This document shows, piece after piece, positions 31,881 to 42,492 of a DNA stretch of 64,000 nt; the first letter of the stretch is position 1; every line of letters begins with the position of its first letter. The translations under genes were made by a program, and so were the position numbers. Location of the stretch: the sequence record MK327940.1; one strand, 5' to 3'. The notes under the pieces are model-generated. The model ran no database searches. It had not been told where the DNA came from and saw only the letters and a program-made list of their open reading frames with translations. This DNA comes from Escherichia phage vB_EcoM_G29.

Positions 31881-32335
31881 AGAGAGTCTCTTAATAGGTT
31901 TAACACATCAATAAATTCAGCTTCGGTTAATATTGTATCATCTTTTGTTAGACCACTAGCCATGCTGTGCTTCAAAACTTTTCCTTTCGAGGCGTGTAAT
32001 GCATCACGAAAGCCCTTGTTTTGGATCGCTGCTTCAAAATATGCATTTGTGTATAATTCTTTCCATGCTGGGGAGTATCTTGAAAACGGAACTCCAAGCC
32101 AGAAGAGGGTCCCACGGTCCTGAGCTCTAGCATAAGACCTTCCAGCTTGTTGGGCGGCAAGCCCGGATAACCCAAATATACGACGTTGTTGTTCAGCATT
32201 TTTCACCTTGCATCCTTGGAGGAATCCTTCAAGACCTCCGAATTGAATACCATCCATGACGAAAGGCCATTGGGCGAAATTACTTAATGCACACGATGGC
32301 CATCTAAAATTGCTTCTAATCTCTAACTCAGACAT
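31877..32335 (-). CDS. NADAR (YbiA/DUF1768)-family protein, 152 aa (positional equivalent of T4 30.3)
   Basis: Signature LSNFAQWPFVMDGIQF...LEGFLQGCK resembles NADAR core (SNF..WP...DG..F.S.E..FQ..K); track start is TTG 32341, ATG at 32335 used. Confidence 0.7.
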   Translation of the reverse strand: MSELEIRSNFRWPSCALSNFAQWPFVMDGIQFGGLEGFLQGCKVKNAEQQRRIFGLSGLAAQQAGRSYARAQDRGTLFWLGVPFSRYSPAWKELYTNAYFEAAIQNKGFRDALHASKGKVLKHSMASGLTKDDTILTEAEFIDVLNLLRDSL

Positions 32336-32534
32336 TTTCAATACTTATAATTTCAACATCAGCCCAATGACCATAGCAAGGAAGACGAAATTCAACTGGC
32401 CAGTTAGGGTCCTTTTCTAATATAATAGACTTAACTTGTGGTTCTTCATGTTCATCAGTATATGGATTTTTATCTGTTACTTTATATGTGACCTTAATGT
32501 ACTGAATTCCAAAAATCTTATTAATTATATTCAT
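32328..32534 (-). CDS. hypothetical protein, 68 aa
   Basis: ORF with ATG start, operon-packed in 30.x block. Confidence 0.55.
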   Translation of the reverse strand: MNIINKIFGIQYIKVTYKVTDKNPYTDEHEEPQVKSIILEKDPNWPVEFRLPCYGHWADVEIISIENV

Positions 32535-32728
32535 ACTAATTCCTTTAATCCGTAGATAGGAGATAATTCATCGCCCATACGAAGGTCTTCATTTCCATCT
32601 ACCCAAGAAACAATATAAGCCTCTTTTATTTGAATACCACTCCATTTAAACGGAGGTAGAACCTTAGAAATTAATCCAGGTATACCAACTCCCTTTAATT
32701 CAACAGTTTGACCTAAAAAGAATTTCAT
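32531..32728 (-). CDS. hypothetical protein, 65 aa
   Basis: ORF with ATG start; stop overlaps next start. Confidence 0.55.
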   Translation of the reverse strand: MKFFLGQTVELKGVGIPGLISKVLPPFKWSGIQIKEAYIVSWVDGNEDLRMGDELSPIYGLKELV

Positions 32729-33015
32729 TAAAACCTCATCTGAAAACCGTGCGATTTAACATTACCGCCATTAATATCAGAACTATTAATTTCACGTGCA
32801 ATTGAGGGATCAATGTCAATTTCGCGATTGAGTTTAGTGATAGCTAAAGTATCGCGCCCATTTACAGTACGGAACTCTAAAGGGCAGACTACATTAACGT
32901 AGTTTTTAATCGATTCACTGGTAGGTTGCAAATGTGCAGGAAGGTCTTTAGGCGCCTTTGAGAAAACTACTTCGCAGAAGTTTTTACGGGTATCAAAATA
33001 AGTAGTCATAAACAT
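32728..33015 (-). CDS. hypothetical protein, 95 aa
   Basis: Track ORF extends to 33066 over a GC hairpin; ATG at 33015 with GAGG upstream preferred. Confidence 0.55.
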   Translation of the reverse strand: MFMTTYFDTRKNFCEVVFSKAPKDLPAHLQPTSESIKNYVNVVCPLEFRTVNGRDTLAITKLNREIDIDPSIAREINSSDINGGNVKSHGFQMRF

Positions 33016-33055
33016 AACATTTTCCTCAGTAAGGGGCCAAAGCCCCTCATTTATT

Positions 33056-33421
33056 TTAAATATCAAATTCGTTAAGAACTACATCAAAGATTGCTTCAAG
33101 ATGCTCAGGTTTAGCTCTGTTACTCAGAATATGACGAATCCAAGTTTTAACCAAAAGCTTGCGATTAACGCCATTCCAGCAAGGATGAGTCCCTAAATCG
33201 CGTTCACGGAAATCATCATCCAGAGCGATTTTAAAGTTGGAACCTTCCATCGTGATTGAAACCGTGATACCGTTTTCAAATCGCATATAAACGTAATTAG
33301 GAGTCATATACTGCTCAATTTCGCATACTGATCCATTTTGATGTTTCCAAAGGCAAATAGTATCAATAGAACCTGCAATACCATTAGAAACATATTTACG
33401 TTCAAAGTTGATGTAGTTCAT
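33056..33421 (-). CDS. hypothetical protein, 121 aa
   Basis: Track start is TTG 33433; ATG at 33421 with GGAG upstream; early promoter upstream. Confidence 0.6.
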   Translation of the reverse strand: MNYINFERKYVSNGIAGSIDTICLWKHQNGSVCEIEQYMTPNYVYMRFENGITVSITMEGSNFKIALDDDFRERDLGTHPCWNGVNRKLLVKTWIRHILSNRAKPEHLEAIFDVVLNEFDI

Positions 33422-33457
33422 TTTATTCTCCAAGATGTTTAATTGCGGTACAGGTAT

Positions 33458-33486
33458 ATAATATCATATCCTGTACCAAAGTAAAC
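33458..33486 (-). promoter_or_regulatory. early promoter (GTTTAC-N17-TATTAT)
   Basis: Minus-strand motif pair directly upstream of ORF 33056-33421. Confidence 0.5.
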
Positions 33487-33488
33487 AA

Positions 33489-33821
33489 TTATTTTACTAC
33501 TTTCCAATGCTGCATGTCAAGTTTACCAACTTTTTTCATCTTCTCAATTAAGCGTTCGGCACGTTGGCGAGCTGTAACATAATACCATTCACCTAATTCA
33601 TTTTGTTCAATTTTTCCAACGATTACTGTATTCAATTCATAAATCCAACCAGTAAAGAAATTATGAACTTGAATTGTAAAGGTGAAATCTGTTCCCATAC
33701 CTTCTGTTGTTTCTACTTCAATAATATCACCTTCAACTGCCATTAAGAACCACATAGTTTCATCATATTTACCATTGAAGCATTTAGTTTTAACTGCAGC
33801 GTTCAGATTAATCGTTTTCAT
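33489..33821 (-). CDS. hypothetical protein, 110 aa
   Basis: ORF with ATG start. Confidence 0.6.
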   Translation of the reverse strand: MKTINLNAAVKTKCFNGKYDETMWFLMAVEGDIIEVETTEGMGTDFTFTIQVHNFFTGWIYELNTVIVGKIEQNELGEWYYVTARQRAERLIEKMKKVGKLDMQHWKVVK

Positions 33822-33900
33822 TTTATTCTCCTTTGTTTGTGTAAGATAATACTATCACAAAGGAACCATACTGTAAACAACTTTATGCAATCTTTGGAAA

Positions 33901-33927
33901 ATAAAAAAGGACTCCCGAAGGAGTCCT
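33901..33927 (-). terminator. intrinsic terminator after small basic ORF
   Basis: Minus strand: aggactcc-uucg-ggagtcct followed by U6 run, 5 nt after stop. Confidence 0.7.
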
Positions 33928-33931
33928 CAAC

Positions 33932-34108
33932 TTATGCTTTCTGCTTACCAAAACGAGAAGCATCATCTCGAAGAACCGCACGTGCTCGGCGCATGATCTT
34001 CTCAACAGTTTGATTGATACGAGAGTTCGACCCACGCTTGTAGCCAGCGCGTTTAGAATCACCAACTTTCTTTTCAACTGCTTTCTTTGCTTTAGCTTGT
34101 TTTGCCAT
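33932..34108 (-). CDS. small highly basic protein, 58 aa (MAKQAKAKKAVEKK...)
   Basis: Lys/Arg-rich ORF; ATG at 34108 with AAGAGAA upstream; strong terminator directly downstream; track ORF extends to 34150. Confidence 0.55.
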   Translation of the reverse strand: MAKQAKAKKAVEKKVGDSKRAGYKRGSNSRINQTVEKIMRRARAVLRDDASRFGKQKA

Positions 34109-34506
34109 TATAAATTCTCTTTTAAATGAAAATGCAGGACTTATTGGCATTGCCTGCGCAAGCCCTCAAGGGGAACATAGGTTTTTTGATATTTAACGAC
34201 CAGGATAACCATAAACCCGTCATCATACCTTATAGCTCTTATCTGTTGCACACCGTTAGCTTAAAGGTTCCGGGTTCGATTTCTCGAGGATAAGATATAT
34301 ACTGATGGATATATAGGCCTTGAGGCGTACTCCCGATTGGCCATCACCTCGGGGTAGCATGCACTTGCCGCTATAAGAATAACATTCAAGAGGTACACCG
34401 TAAAACTGCCGGGGTCTTAAAACTATAATGATTCGCAAATCATTAATCAGACAGTTCGACGGCTCCTCGTTTTAACTTCACACTAAGGCAGTGAATCTCC
34501 AATAAA

Positions 34507-34755
34507 TTACTTCAGTGTTACCACAAAGTGACGAACTGCTTTTCGTGCAGCAGAAGCCAGAGGCTTAGCATATTTAAGTTCATCTTTTTCCTGAAGCTCA
34601 GCAGCTAATGCAGTTTGAGCAGGATTCAGATGTTTGAAATAACGCAGGATTTCAAGAGCTTCGGCTTCAACATCAATAGATGCGCCATAGTTTTCGTGAC
34701 CATTATTCCATGCGTTTCGTTGCAGTTCAAGAGCGTGTTGTAATTGTTTAATCAT
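34507..34755 (-). CDS. rIII: rIII lysis-inhibition accessory protein (82 aa)
   Basis: 82-aa ORF, T4 rIII length, directly downstream of gene 31. Confidence 0.85.
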   Translation of the reverse strand: MIKQLQHALELQRNAWNNGHENYGASIDVEAEALEILRYFKHLNPAQTALAAELQEKDELKYAKPLASAARKAVRHFVVTLK

Positions 34756-34902
34756 TTAAAAATTCTCGTTAGAGATTAAAACTCGGTAGTCACGTTCTTC
34801 TGAATTTCATCTTCTTTCGACAGATCTCTCAGTTGTAGACTACCACATAGAATTGTTCGGTTAACTTATTATTCCGACACCAAATTCATATTATTATTTA
34901 TA

Positions 34903-35238
34903 TCACTTATAAAGACACGGAATAGCTTTATAGTGACAGGTAACGAATTTTTGTTTAATTTCTTTTGGCTGCTTAAGACCCAGAGCTACAAAAGGGTGTG
35001 GAACGTTTCGAATTTGACCAACTGGAAGAGAAGTCAAATCACCAACTTCACAGAAACCTTCAGGAACATCAGGACCGACAGAGTGAACTACACACAGTTC
35101 AGGAACTTCACCTTGAACACGTTTACCGATAATAAGTCCTGATTCTGTAACTTCTTCATCACCGGCTTGTGCAGGTTCAGAAACTAAAATAACATATTCA
35201 CCGACAGCACGAATTGGTAGCTGTTGTACTTCAGACAT
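34903..35238 (-). CDS. 31: co-chaperonin gp31 (GroES functional analogue, 111 aa)
   Basis: 111-aa ORF, T4 gp31 length and position; MotA-box promoter upstream. Confidence 0.9.
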
Positions 35239-35268
35239 CGTTTTTCCTTTTTGTTAACAGATGAATTA

Positions 35269-35295
35269 ATAATAACAAATAATTCTTAAAGCATT
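35269..35295 (-). promoter_or_regulatory. MotA-dependent middle promoter upstream of gene 31
   Basis: Minus strand reads AATGCTTTA - 12 nt - TATTAT upstream of gene 31 ATG. Confidence 0.6.
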
Positions 35296-35603
35296 TATTT
35301 ACCAATAAATTGGAGCAAATGCTCAACTTTCATACCATTAACGGAAATCAATTTGTCAATAGAAAAACCTCGCCATGCACCAAGTTCAACATCAAATACT
35401 GGAATCATATCAGTAGATTCTTTCCGAGTAGATTCAGTCAATTTACCAGTTTGCATGGTTGGCATAAAGTCAGCATCGCGAGTACCTTTCATAACACGAA
35501 TAGTACCATCAGACTTTTCAAAAACTACGTTTGAAACACCCATGGACAATTTAGTTTTCAAAATTTCACGAATTGCTACTTTTTGTTCAGTCGTCAGTTT
35601 CAT
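35295..35603 (-). CDS. hypothetical protein, 102 aa (positional equivalent of T4 31.1)
   Basis: ORF with ATG start. Confidence 0.6.
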   Translation of the reverse strand: MKLTTEQKVAIREILKTKLSMGVSNVVFEKSDGTIRVMKGTRDADFMPTMQTGKLTESTRKESTDMIPVFDVELGAWRGFSIDKLISVNGMKVEHLLQFIGK

Positions 35604-35840
35604 TTATTTACCTATTACAGTTTTAATATGAGTTGTTCCACGTTCTTTAAGAGTGGAAAGTAATTTTTGGCATTTTTCTAAATCAGATTTCCAACTATGT
35701 GGTCTATCAATACAAACCCAGTTTGACTTATAATACTGCTTCCATTTAGAGAAAAAATACTTCTTATACTCTACAGCAAATGAAATGTTCTCGTTGGAAT
35801 AAGAACTAATTGCTGTGAGCTGTACCAAACGAAATTTCAT
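35604..35840 (-). CDS. hypothetical protein, 78 aa (positional equivalent of T4 31.2)
   Basis: ORF whose stop overlaps next start. Confidence 0.6.
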   Translation of the reverse strand: MKFRLVQLTAISSYSNENISFAVEYKKYFFSKWKQYYKSNWVCIDRPHSWKSDLEKCQKLLSTLKERGTTHIKTVIGK

Positions 35841-36421
35841 TATTCACCACAGAATTCGTTGATATTTTCCCAGTTTAACTTATTTAAGTTTTTCTTAGGA
35901 ACATTAAACACTTCAATACCTGCATTTCGCAGAATATCATCCCAGCCAGGTTTATTTTTATCGTATGTTTCACAATAAACCAGCTTTTTAATTCCAGATT
36001 GAGCTATTGCTTTTGCACAATCTGGGCAAGGAGAAAGTGTTACATACATAGTAGCACCTTCAATTGAAGAACCGTTTCGTGCAGCAAACAAAATCGCATT
36101 TAGTTCAGCATGAATTTCATTTTTAGACGACCATTCAGAGTGCGCGCTACGATGTTCTTTCGCCAATACAAAACGATCAGTTGAACCAAACGATACACAT
36201 TCAGGCTTATGACCTTGAATGATAGTATGTTTAGGCTTATTCAGCAACCAACCTTGCTCAGCAGCATAATCACAGCAGTTCACACCACCTGCAGGTGAAC
36301 CATTATATCCAGTAGAAATAATACGTCCATTCTTTTCAATTACTGCTCCTACTTTCCAGGAGCAACATTTTGATTCTTGTGATACTAAATATGCAATTTG
36401 AAGTACTGTACTCGCTTTCAT
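35840..36421 (-). CDS. cd: dCMP deaminase (193 aa)
   Basis: Zinc-binding cytidine/deoxycytidylate deaminase motifs HAELNAI and PCPDCA; T4 cd length. Confidence 0.95.
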   Translation of the reverse strand: MKASTVLQIAYLVSQESKCCSWKVGAVIEKNGRIISTGYNGSPAGGVNCCDYAAEQGWLLNKPKHTIIQGHKPECVSFGSTDRFVLAKEHRSAHSEWSSKNEIHAELNAILFAARNGSSIEGATMYVTLSPCPDCAKAIAQSGIKKLVYCETYDKNKPGWDDILRNAGIEVFNVPKKNLNKLNWENINEFCGE

Positions 36422-36756
36422 TTCATAATCACCAGATAAGCAGATTTAGCAGTTTCAACACGATAAATTTCGTGACGAAGTTTAGTTATACTTTTAATAA
36501 CAGAACTAATTATATTCTGCCCATCTTTAAAGCGGTTTTTCTTATCAATAAAAATTGCACCAGCCATCTTTTTGTGAAGCTCAACTGGATACTTCGTCAC
36601 AATAATAGCATCATACACAGAAGGATGAATACTATTCACTAGAGTATCGTTCATTAAAGTTATTCTAATGAACTGTGCTGTTTCAGAGTCAAGCGCTCTA
36701 TGATCGCCAGTATCATTTTCAAGACAATTATCAATTATATCAGTTAAATTCATCAT
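36418..36756 (-). CDS. hypothetical protein, 112 aa (cd.1-like)
   Basis: ORF overlapping the cd start. Confidence 0.6.
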   Translation of the reverse strand: MMNLTDIIDNCLENDTGDHRALDSETAQFIRITLMNDTLVNSIHPSVYDAIIVTKYPVELHKKMAGAIFIDKKNRFKDGQNIISSVIKSITKLRHEIYRVETAKSAYLVIMK

Positions 36757-36989
36757 AGTACGCCATACACCCTTTGTGCTTCAACTAATCCATCAAAATC
36801 CAATTTGAGATGTGTTATTTGGTCACCATCACCTGGATTCACAATTACTAATACCGAACGAGGAGTTTCGGTAATAACACGAACCGACGTTTCAGGAAAT
36901 CGTTCAGAAACCTTATTTACCAATTCTTGAGCAAATAGTTTAACTTTTTCTTGGAATTCTTTAACAGTAATTGGTTTTTCGCTTAGCAT
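36753..36989 (-). CDS. hypothetical protein, 78 aa (cd.2-like)
   Basis: ORF with ATG start, overlapping neighbours. Confidence 0.6.
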   Translation of the reverse strand: MLSEKPITVKEFQEKVKLFAQELVNKVSERFPETSVRVITETPRSVLVIVNPGDGDQITHLKLDFDGLVEAQRVYGVL

Positions 36990-37498
36990 GTTGATCCTAG
37001 CTCCTTACTTTCAACATTTTTAACTAATTTGACAGAAACTAATTCAGCATCTTGGGTAATCATTACCGGACCTTCTTCATGCTCTTCAAGATATTCTAGA
37101 GCTTTCTTTTTAGCTTCTTCCTTCGTATCAGTTTGAGCATAGATATAGAACATACAACCAGTAATACCTACTACTTTCCACTTAATTTCTTTATCAGTTT
37201 TAATTTCAAATTTACTTACAGAATCATCTTTTTGAACTTCTTCGAAAAAAGAATATTCTAACATATAAGCAATTGAAAATAACGGGCTAACTTTATAGGA
37301 TTCACCCATTACATCAACAGCTTTATACCAACAATCATCAATTTCACGTTTAATGCTAATAACATTTTTCGCAGGATCTATTTTTACTTTAAATGAATTT
37401 TCCCCAATAAACTGGGCAATTCGTTTATTAGCCCCCGCAAGTTTCATTAAAAATATCTTTATATCCAGCTTTAAAGCGATAAACCTTATCTTCTTCAA
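36983..37498 (-). CDS. hypothetical protein (cd.3-like); start ambiguous, possible frameshift relative to promoter-proximal ATG at 37511
   Basis: Track ORF starts at TTG 37498; the SD-preceded ATG at 37511 opens a 27-codon frame ending just after a C5 run (37432-37436); first in-frame ATG at 37447. Confidence 0.55.
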   Translation of the reverse strand: MKKIRFIALKLDIKIFLMKLAGANKRIAQFIGENSFKVKIDPAKNVISIKREIDDCWYKAVDVMGESYKVSPLFSIAYMLEYSFFEEVQKDDSVSKFEIKTDKEIKWKVVGITGCMFYIYAQTDTKEEAKKKALEYLEEHEEGPVMITQDAELVSVKLVKNVESKELGSTC

Positions 37499-37541
37499 AC
37501 CATTCGCTCATTTCAATTTCCTCATTTGTTTTGGTAGAGCT

Positions 37542-37571
37542 ATAATATCACAACTCTACCGTAAAGTAAAC
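37542..37571 (-). promoter_or_regulatory. early promoter (GTTTAC-N18-TATTAT) upstream of cd.3-like ORF
   Basis: Minus-strand motif pair followed by GAGG and ATG at 37511. Confidence 0.5.
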
Positions 37572-37573
37572 TA

Positions 37574-37849
37574 TTAAATTGCTTTGAATTCTGATGTCTG
37601 TGATTCAAAGCGAATGTCGCCTTTGATAACTAGCTCAGCATCAAGACCAAATACAACAATGATATGCGCGGAACCTGGATACAACGTAATGGCAATAGAA
37701 TCCACCTGGTCTGGAAGCAAAGCGTTCAATACATGAGTCACTTGAGCGTGGATTCGAAGTTCAGCTGCATTATCAAGCTTTTCAAACATGTTATTAGCGA
37801 TAATTTGGCTAAACACTACTTCTACGATTTTAGAGTAAGTCGGAAACAT
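37574..37849 (-). CDS. hypothetical protein, 91 aa (cd.4-like)
   Basis: Track start TTG 37879; ATG at 37849 with GAGGT upstream. Confidence 0.55.
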   Translation of the reverse strand: MFPTYSKIVEVVFSQIIANNMFEKLDNAAELRIHAQVTHVLNALLPDQVDSIAITLYPGSAHIIVVFGLDAELVIKGDIRFESQTSEFKAI

Positions 37850-37851
37850 AT

Positions 37852-38052
37852 TTACCTCACATAATTTTCTTCGAGCCAATCAATAACATCCAAAGCGTTA
37901 TCAAAAGTTGCGCCATCTACTTTGTCTTCTGTTTCATAATCAAGAACATCTAGGCCTACTCTTCCGTCAACAATAGGCCATAGACAAAATAGATATTTCT
38001 TTTCTTTTTCAATTTTATCACAAAGACGATAAATCTTTTCTAGGTTATTCAT
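37852..38052 (-). CDS. hypothetical protein, 66 aa
   Basis: ORF with ATG start. Confidence 0.5.
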   Translation of the reverse strand: MNNLEKIYRLCDKIEKEKKYLFCLWPIVDGRVGLDVLDYETEDKVDGATFDNALDVIDWLEENYVR

Positions 38053-38241
38053 ACGTTTTCCATGGTAAAGGCAGTTTAGTTTTCTTTACTGTTAGTTCAA
38101 CATCAGGATTCTTTTCTCTTAATTTAAGGCATTCCTCCCATGCTCTATTTTCACTAGTGAATACACAAAATTGCCCATTACTAGTACCGACTAAACCACT
38201 ATTTACAATAATAATAGCCCAAGTTTCATGATGCAAAGCCA

Positions 38242-38242
<1 letters not shown>
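38045..38242 (-). CDS. hypothetical protein, 65 aa, coupled to pseT
   Basis: ATG at 38242 overlaps pseT stop (TAATG); track ORF extends to 38272 into pseT. Confidence 0.5.
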
Positions 38243-39442
<1,200 letters not shown>

Positions 39443-39446
<4 letters not shown>

Positions 39447-39673
39447 TTATTTTTCTCAACCAATGATTGAATATAATCATGCAGGTCTTTAGATGCTTTA
39501 CCCCACTTATTTTGATATTCATTTTTGAGATTAGCGCGTGATTGAGCTAATAAAACATCATTAGTTGGAGGTAAAGATTCTAATCGTTGAATCTGTCGTC
39601 CATAAATCATTGCAGCCATCTCGGATTCATAAATTAATCCTTTTAGATGTTCAAATTGATACCATGAAATCAT
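39443..39673 (-). CDS. hypothetical protein, 76 aa
   Basis: ORF with ATG start. Confidence 0.55.
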
Positions 39674-39969
39674 TTACATTTATCCTCTTTTAGCTCTTGA
39701 CGATAATAACATATCATAGTTTTCTGGTCATGTACATATCGTTTTACATCATTAAGCCAAATACGAAATTCCTGAGAATCTTCAAATGGCATACCTACCC
39801 AAGCTTTACCATCAATAACTTTAACTTGCCAAGATAGTTTAGCTTCGTCATATGACTTTATTTGTACAGGCCAATTAGGATGAACTGTTTCTTTCTTTAC
39901 TTCTAGAGGCTTTGTCGAACAACCAGCTAGAAGACCAATAGATAATATTACTGCTGATAGTTTAATCAT
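39670..39969 (-). CDS. o-spanin-like outer-membrane lipoprotein, 99 aa
   Basis: Signal peptide with lipobox LLAGC; C-terminal Cys residues; start overlaps upstream ORF stop (ATGA). Confidence 0.7.
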   Translation of the reverse strand: MIKLSAVILSIGLLAGCSTKPLEVKKETVHPNWPVQIKSYDEAKLSWQVKVIDGKAWVGMPFEDSQEFRIWLNDVKRYVHDQKTMICYYRQELKEDKCK

Positions 39970-40319
39970 TTAGAAAGGTCCTGGATGTCTTCTGCGAACT
40001 TGTTGAAGGAGTTGTTGATTTGTTTTTCAACCAATCCTGGCTTATGAGCCACCACATCCGCCTTCTTTGCGTCTTTGCGCAGCTTTTCATTTTCACGCTC
40101 AATAGCAGCAATCGCCTCACGATTTTTATTATTCATCGCATCAATATAATTATACTGAATTCGCAAATTATTTAATGCTAAGGCGTTTTCATTGGCCGTT
40201 TTTGTAATTTCTACAACAGACGTTTCTAATCTTTCTACCTTATTTTTTAAAATAATAGATGTTCCGCCAAATGCTATTACAAGTAATAGCAATCCAGCTG
40301 TAAAATTACTTACATGCAT
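39966..40319 (-). CDS. i-spanin-like protein, 117 aa
   Basis: N-terminal transmembrane helix (GLLLLVIAFGGTSIIL) followed by charged coiled-coil-like region; adjacent to lipoprotein partner. Confidence 0.7.
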   Translation of the reverse strand: MHVSNFTAGLLLLVIAFGGTSIILKNKVERLETSVVEITKTANENALALNNLRIQYNYIDAMNNKNREAIAAIERENEKLRKDAKKADVVAHKPGLVEKQINNSFNKFAEDIQDLSK

Positions 40320-40816
40320 AAAGTTTTAATAACCTCTATAATATCGTCTTGAGAAAGACCGTTAATTAAAATATGATGTTCAGCTGGAGATTTAGAAATT
40401 TTAAAGCATGCCGCAACATCTTCTGCCATATCCGATGCGCTACGATTTGGATTACTAATTCCAAGACGATGTTTTCCCGTCAAAGGATTAACGATGATGT
40501 AGCATTTGCAATTATTGATATGAACATTAGGTTGAGTCTGATTAATAAACACTTCACAATCATATTTCGCAAGCTGATTTTCTAAAAAGACTTTCATCTC
40601 CTCAACCGCATCAGGAAGCATATCACGGGCTTGCTCAAGACGACGATTTCGATATTCTTTAATGGTCGTTTTCCGCTTGACTTGCTTAGCTAAATCTTTC
40701 TTAAGATCGGTGATATATCCAACTCGACGGTTTCCTTTAAATACAGAAATCCCATCTGTAGTATCACCGTATGCTTCAACGACCATTTCAGTAGTAATGA
40801 GCTGCAAATCCATCAT
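40310..40816 (-). CDS. alc: Alc, inhibitor of host transcription elongation on cytosine DNA (167-168 aa)
   Basis: ORF of T4 alc length between spanin ORFs and rnlA; early promoter upstream. Confidence 0.8.
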   Translation of the reverse strand: MMDLQLITTEMVVEAYGDTTDGISVFKGNRRVGYITDLKKDLAKQVKRKTTIKEYRNRRLEQARDMLPDAVEEMKVFLENQLAKYDCEVFINQTQPNVHINNCKCYIIVNPLTGKHRLGISNPNRSASDMAEDVAACFKISKSPAEHHILINGLSQDDIIEVIKTLCM

Positions 40817-40844
40817 AAAGTCCTCATGTTATGTCAGTAAGACT

Positions 40845-40874
40845 ACTGTAACACAACACGAGGGACTTGTAAAC
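40845..40874 (-). promoter_or_regulatory. early promoter (GTTTAC-N18-TACAGT) for alc
   Basis: 53/54-nt match to the promoter-leader at 24897-24950; GAGG before alc ATG. Confidence 0.55.
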
Positions 40875-40877
40875 AGC

Positions 40878-42465
<1,588 letters not shown>

Positions 42466-42492
42466 AATAAAATGGGCCTTGCGGCCCACTCC

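Noticed and set aside
33883-34077. 64-aa minus-strand ORF overlapping the small basic ORF in another frame
   Set aside because: No RBS; the overlapping basic ORF has an SD-like element and ends exactly at the terminator
34261-34290. tRNA-like T-loop string (GGTTCGATT) in the rIII-proximal gap
   Set aside because: Flanking sequence cannot form a 5-bp T-stem, acceptor stem or anticodon arm; no cloverleaf could be built by eye
34256-34438. 60-aa minus-strand ORF in the rIII-proximal gap
   Set aside because: Non-ATG start, no RBS, isoleucine/serine-rich low-complexity product; treated as non-coding
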